A stretch of 64,000 bases of DNA from Bryobacterales bacterium (GTDB lineage Bacteria > Acidobacteriota > Terriglobia > Bryobacterales > UBA6623): NCBI GenBank assembly GCA_965219585.1, contig CBDCOA010000003.1, positions 2,001,375-2,065,374 of the forward strand, written 5' to 3'. Below the pieces are notes generated by a model. The model saw only the letters and a list, made by a program, of their open reading frames with translations, made no database searches and was not told where the DNA came from. Of the stretch, positions 1 to 11,698 are shown one piece after another. A program made the translations under genes and the position numbers. How positions within the stretch are numbered: position 1 is the stretch's first letter; each line of letters begins with the position of its first letter.

Positions 1-3000
1 CGGCAGCTTTGCCGATTGGTTGGAGGCGGAAGGCGTGCCGCGGGGGGCTTGGGAGGCACTGCCCGGGGACATGGAACGATTGTCGCGATCGTACGCTCTG
101 GCGGCTCTGGAGGCATTGGGCTGGCACCGCGAGAGAGGGGCGGCGGTCGATCCGTCGCGTTTGCGCAGAGAGTTGCGGGTGGTAGCGGGCCACAAGCGCT
201 TGCTGCAGTGCCTGCTGGGGATGCTGGCGGAGGCCGGGGTCTTGCAGAGGAGTGGGGCGAAATCCCGCGAGTGGGTGGTGGCCGTGGGTGCGGGAGAGAC
301 CCTGCCCGATGGCCTGGTGGAGTCACCCGCCGGGCTGGGCGAGAGCCTGGCGGAGAGGCACTTGCAGGCCACCCACGAGCTGGGTCTGCTGATGCGCTGC
401 GGGGGAGCATTGGCGGAGGTGTTACGGGGGCGGGCGGATCCGTTGGATCTGCTCTTCGGCGATGAGGGCTGCGGGGCGGCCGAGCTGTACCGGGAAGCAC
501 CGTTGCTGCGGGCCGCGAACCGCATGCTGGGTGCCGCGGTCAAGTTGCTAGTGGCAGGCTTGCCGGAGGAACGGCGTCTGCGGGTGCTGGAAGTAGGTGC
601 CGGCACGGGCAGCGCGACGGCGGAGGTGCTGGCAGCGCTCCCGAAGGGGCGGTTTGACTACGCCTACACGGACATCTCGGCGGGGTTCTTTGCGGAGGCA
701 GCGGAACGGTTCGGTTCCGCATTCCCGGGCATTGAGTACCGCGCGCTGGACATCGAGGCGGACCCGACGGCACAGGGATTGGATGCGCACGGGTATGACC
801 TCGTGATCGCCGGCAATGTGTTGCACGCGACGCGGGATCTGGAGCGGACGCTGGCGCACTGCCGTGGTCTGCTGGCGCCGGCCGGGCAGCTGGTAGCGCT
901 GGAGACCTTGCAACCGCAAGGGTGGCTGGACCTGACGTTCGGGTTGCTGGAGGGCTGGTGGCGGTTCGATGACCGCTACCGGGACGAGCACGCCGTGGTG
1001 GAGGCGGACGTTTGGCGGCAGGCCCTGGCGGAGGCGGGTTTCGGCAGCGTGGAGGTGCTTGAGGGGGGTGTCGGGGACGTGGTCGCGCACGGCGTGATCG
1101 TGGCGCGGGGGCCTCTCGAGGTCGAAGAGGCCGCTGGCCTGTGGGTGTTGGCAGGCGAAGGGTCGGAACTGGTTCGGGAACTGGCCGAGGCGCTGGTCAC
1201 GCGCAATCAGGCAGTGATCGTGGCGGGCGGCGACGCGTCCGAAGTGCCGCCGCCGGGCATCACGGCGGCATATGTCGATCCAGCGAAGCGCGAGGCCTGG
1301 CGTTCGCTGCTGGAGGACTTGCCCGCCGGGCCCCCGTTGCGGGGCGTCGTGCATCTGGGTGCGCTGACGGGGTGCGGACAAGCGGCCACGACCGAGGAAT
1401 TGGCGCATGACACAACCCGAGTGGGCTCGGAGGCATTGGCGCTGGTGCAGGGACTGCTGGACGCGGCCGTTGAGCCCGCGGACGGGCTGTGGTTCGTGAC
1501 GCTTGGCGCGCAAGTGGTCGAGCGCGAGCGAGGCGGCCAGTTGGCTGGGGCGACGCTGTGGGGCCTGGGCAAGACAGTGGCGCTGGAAGCGCCGCAGTTG
1601 TATCCGCGGCTGGTGGACCTCGACCCGTCTCAGACGGTGCGCGCCGAAATGCTCGCGGACGAGTTGCTGCATTCCGACCGGGATGCCCAAGTGGCTCACC
1701 GCGGCGACAGGCGCTATGCCGCCCGACTGGCACGCAGCGCTGGGACAGGGTGGTTGCGACTGCCAGAGGATTCGGCTTGGCGCTTGGCACGCGATCCGGA
1801 CGGGGTCTTGGCCGACCTGCAGGCAGGGCCGGCTGAGCTGGCCGCCCCCGGGCCCGGCGAGGTCCGCGTGCAAGTGACCGCGGCAGGGCTGAATTTCAAA
1901 GACGTTCTGATCGCGATGGGCCTAGTCGACGCCCACGTTCCCCTGGGATCGGAGTTCTGCGGCCAAGTGACTGCCACGGGTCCGGGAGTCACCGCGCTGG
2001 CGGTCGGCGACCGGGTGGCCGGTCTGGCAGGAGGCGCCTTCGCTTCTGAAGTCGTCACGCGCGAGGAACTGGTCGCGAAAGCACCCGCAGGAATGCCGGT
2101 GGCAGAGTTGGCAACCGTGCCGATAACGTTCGTGACCGCGGCGCTGGCCTTTGAGCTGGCTGGCGTGAAGCCGGGAGAGCGCGTATTGGTACATGCCGCG
2201 GCCGGGGGAGTGGGCCAGGCGGCCATCCAAGTGGCGGGCGCGCTGGGGGCGGTCGTGATCGCCACTGCGAGTTCCGGGAAGCGCGACCACCTGCGGTCCT
2301 TGGGAGTCGAGCACGTGTTCGACAGCCGATCGACGGAGTTCGGCGAGGAAATCCTCGCCCTGACAGAGGGTGCCGGGGTCTCGATGGTCCTGAACAGCCT
2401 GACGGGGCCGGGCTTCATCGAAGCGAGCCTGTCGTGCCTAGGCGTGGGCGGCCGCTTCGTCGAGATCGGCAAGCGTGACATCTGGAGCGGAGAGCGGATG
2501 GAAGCGGCGAGGCCGGATGTCGGCTACCGCGTCTTGGCCGTGGACCAACTCGTGATCGATGAGCCGGCCACCGTCGGCGCGGTGCTCCGAAAGGTGATGC
2601 AGCGTGTCGAACTGGGGGAGCTGCGACCGCTGGAATACAGCGCGTGGCCCCTGGCGGAGGCGGCAGCGGCCATGGAGCACATGCGGTCGGGGCGCCACAC
2701 GGGCAAGATCGTGCTCAGGTTTCCACCGCTGACGGTTGTCGGGCTGCGGCAGGACGGCACTTACCTGGTAACAGGCGGGCTCTCCGGGATAGGGCAACTT
2801 GCGGCTGGCTGGCTGGCGGACCGCGGGGCGCGCTGGATCGTGCTGAACGGCCGGCGGGAGCCCGGGCCGGAGGCCCAAGCGGCGATCACGGGCCTTCGGG
2901 AGCGCGGTGTCGAAGTGCGCGTCGAACTGGCGGACGTGACCGACTCCGGGGCCGTGGACGCGATGCTCGAGCGGATCGAAGCGGCGATGCCGCCGCTGGC

Positions 3001-3800
3001 GGGAGTGATCCATAGCGTCGGGGTGATCGCCGACGCGTCACTGGCCAACCAAGACTGGGAGAGGTTCGAGCGCGTCCTGAGCCCCAAGGTTCTGGGCGCG
3101 TGGCAATTGCACAGGGCCACCGCTTCGAGAGACTTGGATCTCTTTATCCTTTTCTCAAGTGCGGCCGGCGTGCTCGGCAGCCCGGGCCAGGCCAACCACG
3201 CGGCGGCGAACGCTTTCTTGGACCACTTGGTACGCCACCGCCGTTCGATGGGCCTTTCCGGCCAGTCGATCGCGTGGGGCCCATGGTCGGAGATCGGCGA
3301 AGCGGCGGAGCAGCGGGACAGGCTTCACAGCCGCTTCAAGAGGCTCGGGATCGGCTGGATTGCGGCATCACGCGGAATGCGGGCCTTCTCGTGGCTGGTT
3401 CGACAGGACTTGCCGGCCAGCATGGCGGCTCCGGTGGACTGGCAACAATTCTCCGTGCATCTGAAGGACAGCCAGCTGCTAGGGGAGCTGCTCGCTGGCA
3501 CCCAGCGAGTGACCGGACTCGGAACACAGGCCGGCGACATGGTGTCACGCCTGCGGAATGCGCCAGAGGAAGAGCGCGTGCAGCTGCTGACAGCCCTGCT
3601 TCAGGCCGAGTCGCAGGCGGTGCTTGGCCTCCCCGCTCCTCCCGACCCGTCGGTGGGCTTCTTCGATCTGGGCATGGATTCGCTGATGGCCGTGGAACTG
3701 ACCAATCGGCTGAACCGAGCCTTGGCTGGCGAACACCATGCGTCCAGCAGCCTCGTGTTCGACCATCCTGACATCAACGCCCTGGCCCGCCACCTGACCG
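1..3800 (+). other. PKS module A (partial): cMT ~340-1115, psiKR ~1135-1780, ER ~1780-2730, KR ~2755-3460, ACP ~3570-3800
   Basis: cMT motif [12 protein letters not shown] starts at 578. ER has HAAAGGVG (~2190-2215) and RFVEIGK with the Lys codon aag at 2471-2473. KR has TGGLSGIG and QANHAAAN with His codon cac at 3197-3199. The ACP DSL Ser codon is at 3680-3682. Confidence 0.85.
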
Positions 3801-6800
3801 CGGAGCTGGGACTGGTCGAGGATCAGCGGCCGCAGGTCTTAGGGGAGCGCGCGCCAGCGCAGCACGACAGCGAATCGATAGCGATCGTGGGCATGGCATG
3901 CCGATTCCCGCAGGGGGATGGCCTGGCTGCCTTCTGGCGGCAGTTGGAGTTGGGCGAAAGCTCGGTGGTCCATGGCCGACCCGATTCGCGGGTCCGCCTC
4001 GGAGCATTCCAGGACCGGGGCGAGAGCCAGGGCAATGACGGCCTCCGCTGGGGCGGGTTCATCGAGGGGATCGACCAGTTCGACGCGGCATTCTTCCGGA
4101 TCACACCTCCGGAGGCACGCTTGATGGACCCGCAGCATCGAATCCTGCTGGAGACCACTTGGCATGCGATTGAAGAGGCAGGGCTTTCGGCGGCTGGCCT
4201 GGCGGGGAGTCGGACGGGGGTGTACGCCGGGATCGCCGGAAGCGACTATCGGGAGCTTGTCCTGCGGGCCGGCGAAGAGGCGGCGGGCCTGTATTCCGCC
4301 ACCGGCAGCCTTGGCAGCACAGCAATCGGACGGATCGCTTTTTCGCTGGGCCTCCAGGGTCCGGCAGTGGCGGTGGACACCGCCTGCTCATCGTCGCTCG
4401 TTGCCGTCCATCAGGCCATGGCAGCCCTGCAGCGGGGCGAGGTGGACTTAGCGCTCGCCGGCGGAGTGAACGCGATCCTCACAACAACATCGGCGGAAAC
4501 CTTTGCCAAGGCCGGCGCGATCGCGCGGGACGGGCGGTGCAAGACGTTTGACGCATCGGCCGACGGGTACGTGCGGGGAGAGGGCTGCGGGATCGTGGTG
4601 CTCAAGCGCCTCTCCGAGGCCAAGGCTGACGGGGACCGGATCTGGGCCGTGCTGCGGGGGTCGGCAATAAACCAGGACGGAGCGAGCGCAGGGCTGACCG
4701 TTCCGAACGGGACCGCCCAGCAGAGGGTGATCGAAGAAGCACTCGATCGCTCCGGGCTGAAACCGGCCGACGTGGACTACCTCGAAGCGCACGGAACGGG
4801 CACAGAGCTTGGAGACCCAGTGGAAGTCCACGCCGCTGCCGCGGTGTATGGACGCGGCCGACCGGCCGAGCGACCGCTGCTGATCGGCTCGGTGAAGCCC
4901 AATGTCGGCCATCTCGAGGCGGCTGCGGGCATCGCGGGCCTGATCAAGGTCGTGCTCTCCCTGCAGCGGGGCCTGATCCCGAAGCACTTGAACCTTCAAA
5001 CTCCGAGCCCGCGAATTGATTGGAGCGGACTCCCCGTGCGGGTCACGACAGAGGCCCTTCCCTGGCCAGCGTCACCCGGGCACCCGCTGCGCGCCGGTGT
5101 GAGTTCGTTTGGCATCTCTGGCACCAATGCGCATGTCATCGTCGAGGGGCACGCGGTTACCGACGCAGACGCGCAGGTGCCTTCGGCAGGATCCGTCACG
5201 GCTTCAACGCAGCCGACCGGACCCCGGCCACCGACGGAAGATGGACTGCAACCGCGCAAGGCACGCTTGCTGCCGTTGTCGGGTCGGTCGCAAGGTGCGC
5301 TCCGCGCTCTGGCGGTTCAGTATCGGTCGTGGCTGGAACACGGGTCGGACCAATGGCTCTCGCCTGGCCAGTGGCCCACCGGGGAGGCTGGCTCCCCGTC
5401 CGATCCGCCGGTTGCCGACGTGGCCTGGAACGCCGCCGTTAGCCGGGCCCACTTCCACCACAGAGCCGGTCTCGTCTTCACAGGGGTGGAGGACTTGCAG
5501 AAGAGTCTCGACCAACTGATCGCGGGCGGGCAGGGGCGCGAGGCGGTTGAGGAGCCGAAAGTTGCGTTCGTGTTCGCGGGTCAAGGCAGCCAATGGGACG
5601 GCATGGGACGGTCGCTATACGAGAGCGAGCCAGTGGTTCGGGAGGTCCTAGACCGTTGCGAGCAGGAGATCCGGCAGCTGCGCGGAGTGTCCTTGTTGGA
5701 GGTCATGTTTGGATCGGCGGGAGCAGCGGGGGATATCGACAGCACGGCTTGGACGCAACCCGCGCTCTACGCGCTGGAGTGCGCGCTGGCTGCGCTGTGG
5801 AAGAGCGTGGGAGTACGGCCGGCGGCAGTGCTAGGGCACAGCGTGGGGGAGATAGCGGCGGCGCAGGTAGCGGGGGTGTTCGGGCTGGAAGACGGGCTGC
5901 GGTTCGCGGCGGCGAGGGGAGAGCTGATGGGGTCGCTACCGGTGGAGGGCCCGGCCGCGGGCACGATGCTGGCAGTCTTCGATTCTCCCGAACGCGTGGC
6001 GATCGCACTGACGGAGCACAATGCTGCGACAGAGGGCGTGGGCCTGAGCCTGGCCGCGGAGAACGGGACGCACCGGGTGGTTTCCGGACCGCGGGCGGAT
6101 GTGGCGGCGTTTGCAGAGCGGTTCAAGAGCGCGGGCGTGCGGGTCGTCCCGCTGAACACAAGCCAAGCGTTTCACAGCGGGCTGATGGATCCGGTGCTGG
6201 ACGAGATCGAGGCGGCGGCGAGCATGCTTGCAACGGAACCCCCGTCGGCGCCCGTGATCAGCAACGTGACCGGGCGGGCGATCCGAGACAGGGAACAACT
6301 GGACGGGGCCTACTGGAGACTGCAGGCCCGGTCACCGGTAGCGTTCGGGGAGGGGATCGCGGCTCTGGCGGACCTGGGCGCGGAGCTTGTCATCGAGATA
6401 GGGCCGGATCCGGTGCTGGGTCCGTTGGTCGAGCAGGCTTGGCCGGCTCGAGCCGCTGACGGGACGGCCACGGAACTGGCGGTGATAGCCACCCAGCGAA
6501 AGGCAGCAGGCGAGCAGAGCGCGTTCGCGGAAGCGGCGGCCCGGGCGTACGAAGCCGGGGCCCCGCTCGACTTCGAGGGACTGTTCGCAGGCGAGACTCG
6601 GCGAAGGATTCCACTGCCCATGTATCCGTTCCAGCGCCAGCGTTATTGGGTGGCCGCGCCAAAGCCTCACGTGGCGAGCGGCGGGCACGGGCTCCTGGGC
6701 ACGCGGCGGGACTCCGCGCATGGGGAGGTCACCTTCGAGAACGAGCTTTCGGCGACTGCTCCGGAGTGGCTGGCAGATCACCGGGTGTTCGGACTGGTCG

Positions 6801-9800
6801 TTGCGCCGGCGGCCCAGTATGGGGCCGCGGCTGCCGAGGCGGCCGCGCTGACCTCGGGGTCAGTCTCGGCGGAGATTGAACAGCTGCAGATACTCGCTCC
6901 CTTGGTTCTGGGCGATGCGGATCCGGACAGCGACGGCGGCGCCCCGGAGCAGACCGTGCAGGTTGTGGTGGGCCGCCCTGGACGGTCCGCCGCCCGTGAA
7001 GTGAGCATTTATAGCAAGGCCCTGGAGGCCGGGACATGGACTCTGCACGCGACTGCCCGCGCGGTGCCGTGCGCGGCGGCCGAAGAGAGTGAGACCGACC
7101 TGCAGGAACTCAAGGAAAGCCTGTCACCCGTCGGAGTGCCAGAACTCTACGGGAATCTCGCGAAGAGCGGCATCGGGTACGGTTCGTCGTTCCGGGCGGT
7201 GGAAGCGGCCTGGTCGGGGCCGGACCAATCCATCGGCGAGATTGTGCTGTCACCCGAGTTGGACAGGGGAGCTTCGCTCGTGCACCCTGCGCAGCTTGAT
7301 GGATGCATCCAAATAGTTGCCGCCATGTCAAACTTCGGCGAAAGCGAAAGCTCGGAGGGGGGCACCTACGTGCCCCTCGGCTGGGATCGGTTGCGGCTGC
7401 ACAGAGCCCTGCCCGAGCGGGTGGTGTGTCACGCCGAAAGGCGAACTCGCGAAGGCGCGGGCCTTGACAATGCGGAGGCATCCCAGACATTGGTTGCGGA
7501 CCTGGCGTTCTTCGACCCGGAGGGCGCGCAGATAGGCGGCATCAGCGGGCTCGTGTTGAGACGGGTGACACGCGTGGCGCTGTTGTCAGCGGCCGAGGAT
7601 GTCGAGGATCTGCTGTACGAGGTGGCGTGGCGGAGACGACCGCATGTGAGCGGGATCTGCCCAGCCGATTTCCTGGCACGACCGACCGAAGCGAGCAAGC
7701 TCCGGGGCAGCTTTGCCCAGAGCCTTGAGGCAGCGGGGGTTGCGCCGGCCTCGTGGGATGCCTTGTTCACGGATTTGGGCCGTCTGGCGAGGTCGTATGC
7801 GTTGGCGAGCCTGGATGGCTTGGGCTGGCGGCGCGAGGCAGGGGCGGTCGTGGATCCGTCGGACTTGCGAAAACAGCTGAAGGTGGTGGCTGACCACGAG
7901 AAGCTGTTCCTGCGCCTGCTGCACATGTTGGCGGAGGCCGGCGTGCTGACACCAAAGGCGGCAGGCCCCCGAGGCTGGACGGTGGCCACCGGTGCGGATG
8001 ATGCACTGCCAGAAGGTCTGGCGGCAGAGCCGCGGGCTCTGGGGGAGCGGCTCTTGGGACAGCACGGGCACGGCTCGCACGAACTGGGCCTGCTGATGCG
8101 CTGCGGGCAGGCCTTGGCGGACGTGCTCCGGGGAAGGGTCGACCCCTTGGATCTGCTGTTCGGAAGCGACGGCGGCGGCGCGGCGGATTTGTACCAGGAG
8201 GCGCCGGCACTGCGGGCAGCGAATCAATTGGTCGGCGCCATCGTGGCGCTGCTGGGCGCTGGCCTGCCGGAAGGCCGCAGGCTGCGGGTGCTGGAGGTCG
8301 GGGCAGGCACGGGGAGCGCGACAGCGGAGGTGCTGGCAGTTCTGCCGAGCGGGAGCTTCGACTACGTCTACTCGGACATCTCGGCCGGTTTCTTCGCAAG
8401 CGCCGAGGAGCGCTTCGGCGGGCGGCAACAGGGACTTGAGTACCGTCCGCTGGACATCGAGGCAGATCCGACGGGACAAGGGCTGGAGGCTCACGGGTTC
8501 GACCTGCTGATCGCAGCGAACGTGCTGCACGCAACGCGGGACTTGGGGGAGACGCTGGAGCATTGCCGGAAACTGCTGGCACCGGCGGGGCAGCTGGTGG
8601 CCCTGGAGGTATTGAGGCCGCAAGAGTGGCTGGACCTGACGTTCGGCCTGCTCGAAGGCTGGTGGCGGTTTGACGACAAGTATCGGGGCGATCACGCCCT
8701 GCTCGGTGCAAGTGCATGGAAGCAAGCATTGTCGGAGGCAGGCTTCGGCGAGGTGGAGGTGCTGGAAGCGGCTGTCGGCGAGGAGGTCTCGCACGGGGTG
8801 ATCGTGGCGCGGGGGCCTGTCGAGGTTGAGGAGCAGCCGGGCCTTTGGGTGCTGGCGGGAGAAGGATCGGCGCTGGTCCAGGACTTGGCCCGCAGGCTGG
8901 CCGCGCACAACCAGGCGGTGATCGTGGCTGGGCCGGACACGGAGCGCGGGGAGGCGGAAGAGCCTGGAGTCACTTCGGCTTTCATGCACACCTCGAAGCG
9001 GGAAGCGTGGCGTTCCCTGTGCGACGATCTGCCAACGGACGTTCCATTCCGGGGCGTGGTGCACCTCAGCGGCCTGGAAGGGCACGGAGAGGCGGCTTCC
9101 ACTGCTGAAATGCGAGACGACGTGGCCCGCATCGGAGCAGAGGCGCTCGCGCTGCTGCAGGGACTGGAGGACGCGGGGGCGAAGCCGCTGGACGGGGTGT
9201 GCTTCGTGACGTGTGGGGGACAAGTGGTGCACAGCGAGGGATGCGGCCAGCTGGCGGGGTCGACGCTGTGGGGCTTGGGGCCGGCGGCGGCGCTGGAGGT
9301 GCCGCAGTTGCGTCCCCGGATGGTCGATCTCGACCCGCGCGGGCGGGTCCAGTTGGATGCGCTGGTGAACGAGTTGCTGCATGCCGACCAAGAGACCCAC
9401 GTAGCGCACCGCGGGGAGGCGCGCTACGTTGCGCGGCTCGTGCGTGGCTTGCGGGCCGGAGCCCTGCAGTTGCCGCAAGGGCCAGGCTGGCGCTTGGCGC
9501 GCAAAGAGGGCGCCGCGCCGCGTGGCTTGGCGGTTGAGACCGCAGGGCTGGCTCCGCCGGCAAGCGGCGAGGTTCGCGTGGCAGTCGCCGCGGCGGGGCT
9601 GAACTTCACCGACGTGCAGAGCGAGACGGAAATTGTCGGCGAGCCCATCGCTTTGGGCCGAGAGTTCGCCGGCCAAGTGCTGGCGACCGGTCCAGGCGTG
9701 GACACGGTGGCGGTCGGCGACCGGGTGGTCGGTCTCGCTTCGGGAGCGTTTGGCCCCGAGGCGCTCACCCGCGAGGAACTCGTCACAAAGGCACCCGCCG

Positions 9801-11698
9801 GGCTGCCGGCAGCGGCGCTGGCGACGGTGCCGAGGTCTTTCGTAACGGCGGCCCTTGCCTTCGAGCTTGCCGAAATGCAGGCCGGCCAGCGAGTGTTGGT
9901 GCACGCCGGGGCCGGGGACGTGGGACTGGCGGCGATTCAGTTGGCCCGGGCGGCGGGCGCCAAGGTGATTGCGACTGCCAGCGCTTGGCAGCACGCCTGC
10001 CTGCGGTCGCTGGGCGTGGAGCACGCGTTTGACGTCGGAACGGCGGCGTTCGGCGAGCAAGTGCTCGATGCGACCGAGGGAGCCGGAGTCGAGATCGTTC
10101 TGAACAGCCTTGCGGATCCAGGCCTAGTCGAGGCGAGCCTGTCGTGCCTAGGCCAGGGCGGGTGGTTTGTCGAGCTGTCTGGGCGCGATGTCTGGAGTGC
10201 CGACAAGATGGCAAGGGTCAGGCCCGACGTCGGCTACCACGCGCTGGCGCTGGATCAACTGGTGACCCAGGAGCCTGCGAGGGTCGGGGCCTGCTTGCGA
10301 GCCGTAACGCAGCGGCTGGGGGCCGGGGAGCTGCAACCACTGCCCCACGGCGCTTGGCCCATGGCGGAGGCAGCGGCGGCGATGGAGCACATGCGGTCCG
10401 GTCGCCAGGTAGGGAAGATCGTGCTGACGTTGCCGCCGCTGGCAACCGGTCGCCTGAGGGAGGACGGCACGTACCTGGTGACGGGCGGGCTGGCAGGCAT
10501 CGGGCTGCTGGCGGCCGGCTGGCTGGCGGACCGCGGTGCGCGCTGGATCGTGCTCAACGGCCGGCGCGAGCCGGAGGCAGAAGCCGAGTCCGCAATCGCG
10601 GACCTTCGGGCCCGGGGAATCGATGTGCGCGTCGAGCTGGCGGACGTGACCGACTCGGATGCGATGGACAGCATGCTGGAGCGGATCGAAGAGGCGATGC
10701 CGCCGCTGGCGGGAGTGATCCACAGCGCCGGGGTGATCGCGGACGCCTCGCTGGCCAATCAGGGCTGGGAGCGGTTCGAGCGCGTGTTGGGCCCGAAAGT
10801 GGCGGGCGCTTGGCACCTGCACCGCGCAACTGCGGATCGGGAATTGGACCTGTTCGTGCTGTTCTCGAGCGTCGCGGGTGTCCTCGGAAGCGCCGGACAG
10901 GCGAACCACGCGGCGGCGAACGCGTTCCTGGACCAGCTCGCGCTTCATCGCCGGTCGATGGGCTTGGCCGGCCAGTCGATTGCCTGGGGCGCATGGTCCG
11001 GCACTGGGGAAGCCGAGCAGTCCTGGGAGCGGATTGCCACGCGGCTGTCCTCGGCCGGGATCGGCTGGATCGTGCCGCGCCGCGGCTTGCTGGTGCTGGG
11101 GCGTCTTGTCAGGGACGATGTGGGGACGGGCGTGGCAGCGCCGATCGACTGGGCGCAATTCGCGTCCCACCTGGCAGCGACTCCGCTCCTGCTCGAAGAA
11201 CTGGTCGAGCCGGATGAATCGTTCGCGGAACTGACAGGCGTGCCGGAGGACTTGCTCGAGCGGCTGCGGGAAGCCTCGCCCGAAGGGCGCGAGGGGATTA
11301 TGGTGGAGTTCTTGGAGGCACAGGTGCAAGCAGTGCTGGGCGTCGACTCGCCACCGAACCCGAGACAGGGCTTCTTCGATCTCGGGATGGACTCTCTGAT
11401 GGCCGTGGAGTTGAGGAACCGGCTCAACCGAGCGCTCGCGGGCGAGCACACGGTGTCGAGCACGGTCGTATTCGATTTCCCGCGCGTCGCGGCGCTGGCC
11501 CGGCACTTGATGGATAAGATTGGCGCTCTTGGCGCAGCCGGTGAGTCGGTCGACCGGCGCAGTTCGCCGGACACCTCGGCACGCGGCACGAGGACAGACC
11601 AAGAACAGGCGAGAATTGCCAGTCTGGGGGAGGATGAGTTCCTGACAGAGGCATTCGAGACGCTCGGCGAGGAGTTCTCCGACGAAGACGATGGATAA
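1..11698 (+). CDS. Type I modular polyketide synthase, 5'-truncated by the window edge. Contains (module A, partial) cMT-psiKR-ER-KR-ACP and (module B) KS-AT-DH-cMT-psiKR-ER-KR-ACP, plus an acidic C-terminal docking tail.
   Basis: The frame is open from nt 2 to TAA at 11696-11698. The first residues [13 protein letters not shown] align with the post-DH linker of later modules (GSFAEWLAAGGVP in module D), so the start lies upstream of the window. In-frame motifs: c[10 protein letters not shown] / NVLHAT; [17 protein letters not shown]; [10 protein letters not shown]; [13 protein letters not shown]; [23 protein letters not shown]; AT GQGSQW, GHSVGE, QAFHS; [13 protein letters not shown]. Confidence 0.95.
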   Translation, partial: GSFADWLEAEGVPRGAWEALPGDMERLSRSYALAALEALGWHRERGAAVDPSRLRRELRVVAGHKRLLQCLLGMLAEAGVLQRSGAKSREWVVAVGAGETLPDGLVESPAGLGESLAERHLQATHELGLLMRCGGALAEVLRGRADPLDLLFGDEGCGAAELYREAPLLRAANRMLGAAVKLLVAGLPEERRLRVLEVGAGTGSATAEVLAALPKGRFDYAYTDISAGFFAEAAERFGSAFPGIEYRALDIEADPTAQGLDAHGYDLVIAGNVLHATRDLERTLAHCRGLLAPAGQLVALETLQPQGWLDLTFGLLEGWWRFDDRYRDEHAVVEADVWRQALAEAGFGSVEVLEGGVGDVVAHGVIVARGPLEVEEAAGLWVLAGEGSELVRELAEALVTRNQAVIVAGGDASEVPPPGITAAYVDPAKREAWRSLLEDLPAGPPLRGVVHLGALTGCGQAATTEELAHDTTRVGSEALALVQGLLDAAVEPADGLWFVTLGAQVVERERGGQLAGATLWGLGKTVALEAPQLYPRLVDLDPSQTVRAEMLADELLHSDRDAQVAHRGDRRYAARLARSAGTGWLRLPEDSAWRLARDPDGVLADLQAGPAELAAPGPGEVRVQVTAAGLNFKDVLIAMGLVDAHVPLGSEFCGQVTATGPGVTALAVGDRVAGLAGGAFASEVVTREELVAKAPAGMPVAELATVPITFVTAALAFELAGVKPGERVLVHAAAGGVGQAAIQVAGALGAVVIATASSGKRDHLRSLGVEHVFDSRSTEFGEEILALTEGAGVSMVLNSLTGPGFIEASLSCLGVGGRFVEIGKRDIWSGERMEAARPDVGYRVLAVDQLVIDEPATVGAVLRKVMQRVELGELRPLEYSAWPLAEAAAAMEHMRSGRHTGKIVLRFPPLTVVGLRQDGTYLVTGGLSGIGQLAAGWLADRGARWIVLNGRREPGPEAQAAITGLRERGVEVRVELADVTDSGAVDAMLERIEAAMPPLAGVIHSVGVIADASLANQDWERFERVLSPKVLGAWQLHRATASRDLDLFILFSSAAGVLGSPGQANHAAANAFLDHLVRHRRSMGLSGQSIAWGPWSEIGEAAEQRDRLHSRFKRLGIGWIAASRGMRAFSWLVRQDLPASMAAPVDWQQFSVHLKDSQLLGELLAGTQRVTGLGTQAGDMVSRLRNAPEEERVQLLTALLQAESQAVLGLPAPPDPSVGFFDLGMDSLMAVELTNRLNRALAGEHHASSSLVFDHPDINALARHLTAELGLVEDQRPQVLGERAPAQHDSESIAIVGMACRFPQGDGLAAFWRQLELGESSVVHGRPDSRVRLGAFQDRGESQGNDGLRWGGFIEGIDQFDAAFFRITPPEARLMDPQHRILLETTWHAIEEAGLSAAGLAGSRTGVYAGIAGSDYRELVLRAGEEAAGLYSATGSLGSTAIGRIAFSLGLQGPAVAVDTACSSSLVAVHQAMAALQRGEVDLALAGGVNAILTTTSAETFAKAGAIARDGRCKTFDASADGYVRGEGCGIVVLKRLSEAKADGDRIWAVLRGSAINQDGASAGLTVPNGTAQQRVIEEALDRSGLKPADVDYLEAHGTGTELGDPVEVHAAAAVYGRGRPAERPLLIGSVKPNVGHLEAAAGIAGLIKVVLSLQRGLIPKHLNLQTPSPRIDWSGLPVRVTTEALPWPASPGHPLRAGVSSFGISGTNAHVIVEGHAVTDADAQVPSAGSVTASTQPTGPRPPTEDGLQPRKARLLPLSGRSQGALRALAVQYRSWLEHGSDQWLSPGQWPTGEAGSPSDPPVADVAWNAAVSRAHFHHRAGLVFTGVEDLQKSLDQLIAGGQGREAVEEPKVAFVFAGQGSQWDGMGRSLYESEPVVREVLDRCEQEIRQLRGVSLLEVMFGSAGAAGDIDSTAWTQPALYALECALAALWKSVGVRPAAVLGHSVGEIAAAQVAGVFGLEDGLRFAAARGELMGSLPVEGPAAGTMLAVFDSPERVAIALTEHNAATEGVGLSLAAENGTHRVVSGPRADVAAFAERFKSAGVRVVPLNTSQAFHSGLMDPVLDEIEAAASMLATEPPSAPVISNVTGRAIRDREQLDGAYWRLQARSPVAFGEGIAALADLGAELVIEIGPDPVLGPLVEQAWPARAADGTATELAVIATQRKAAGEQSAFAEAAARAYEAGAPLDFEGLFAGETRRRIPLPMYPFQRQRYWVAAPKPHVASGGHGLLGTRRDSAHGEVTFENELSATAPEWLADHRVFGLVVAPAAQYGAAAAEAAALTSGSVSAEIEQLQILAPLVLGDADPDSDGGAPEQTVQVVVGRPGRSAAREVSIYSKALEAGTWTLHATARAVPCAAAEESETDLQELKESLSPVGVPELYGNLAKSGIGYGSSFRAVEAAWSGPDQSIGEIVLSPELDRGASLVHPAQLDGCIQIVAAMSNFGESESSEGGTYVPLGWDRLRLHRALPERVVCHAERRTREGAGLDNAEASQTLVADLAFFDPEGAQIGGISGLVLRRVTRVALLSAAEDVEDLLYEVAWRRRPHVSGICPADFLARPTEASKLRGSFAQSLEAAGVAPASWDALFTDLGRLARSYALASLDGLGWRREAGAVVDPSDLRKQLKVVADHEKLFLRLLHMLAEAGVLTPKAAGPRGWTVATGADDALPEGLAAEPRALGERLLGQHGHGSHELGLLMRCGQALADVLRGRVDPLDLLFGSDGGGAADLYQEAPALRAANQLVGAIVALLGAGLPEGRRLRVLEVGAGTGSATAEVLAVLPSGSFDYVYSDISAGFFASAEERFGGRQQGLEYRPLDIEADPTGQGLEAHGFDLLIAANVLHATRDLGETLEHCRKLLAPAGQLVALEVLRPQEWLDLTFGLLEGWWRFDDKYRGDHALLGASAWKQALSEAGFGEVEVLEAAVGEEVSHGVIVARGPVEVEEQPGLWVLAGEGSALVQDLARRLAAHNQAVIVAGPDTERGEAEEPGVTSAFMHTSKREAWRSLCDDLPTDVPFRGVVHLSGLEGHGEAASTAEMRDDVARIGAEALALLQGLEDAGAKPLDGVCFVTCGGQVVHSEGCGQLAGSTLWGLGPAAALEVPQLRPRMVDLDPRGRVQLDALVNELLHADQETHVAHRGEARYVARLVRGLRAGALQLPQGPGWRLARKEGAAPRGLAVETAGLAPPASGEVRVAVAAAGLNFTDVQSETEIVGEPIALGREFAGQVLATGPGVDTVAVGDRVVGLASGAFGPEALTREELVTKAPAGLPAAALATVPRSFVTAALAFELAEMQAGQRVLVHAGAGDVGLAAIQLARAAGAKVIATASAWQHACLRSLGVEHAFDVGTAAFGEQVLDATEGAGVEIVLNSLADPGLVEASLSCLGQGGWFVELSGRDVWSADKMARVRPDVGYHALALDQLVTQEPARVGACLRAVTQRLGAGELQPLPHGAWPMAEAAAAMEHMRSGRQVGKIVLTLPPLATGRLREDGTYLVTGGLAGIGLLAAGWLADRGARWIVLNGRREPEAEAESAIADLRARGIDVRVELADVTDSDAMDSMLERIEEAMPPLAGVIHSAGVIADASLANQGWERFERVLGPKVAGAWHLHRATADRELDLFVLFSSVAGVLGSAGQANHAAANAFLDQLALHRRSMGLAGQSIAWGAWSGTGEAEQSWERIATRLSSAGIGWIVPRRGLLVLGRLVRDDVGTGVAAPIDWAQFASHLAATPLLLEELVEPDESFAELTGVPEDLLERLREASPEGREGIMVEFLEAQVQAVLGVDSPPNPRQGFFDLGMDSLMAVELRNRLNRALAGEHTVSSTVVFDFPRVAALARHLMDKIGALGAAGESVDRRSSPDTSARGTRTDQEQARIASLGEDEFLTEAFETLGEEFSDEDDG
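3878..11520 (+). other. PKS module B: KS 3878-5150, AT 5561-6650 (incl. post-AT linker), DH 6680-7585, cMT 8040-8820, psiKR 8840-9480, ER(degenerate) 9485-10435, KR 10465-11170, ACP 11285-11520
   Basis: KS has the Cys/His/His motifs. AT has GHSVGE and QAFHS. The DH catalytic His codon cac is at 6779-6781, and AQLDGCIQ is present. ER reads HAGAGDVG (Asp codon 9917-9919) and WFVELSG, with Gly (10181-10183) in place of the conserved Lys. KR reads QANHAAAN (cac 10907-10909). ACP Ser is at 11393-11395. Confidence 0.85.
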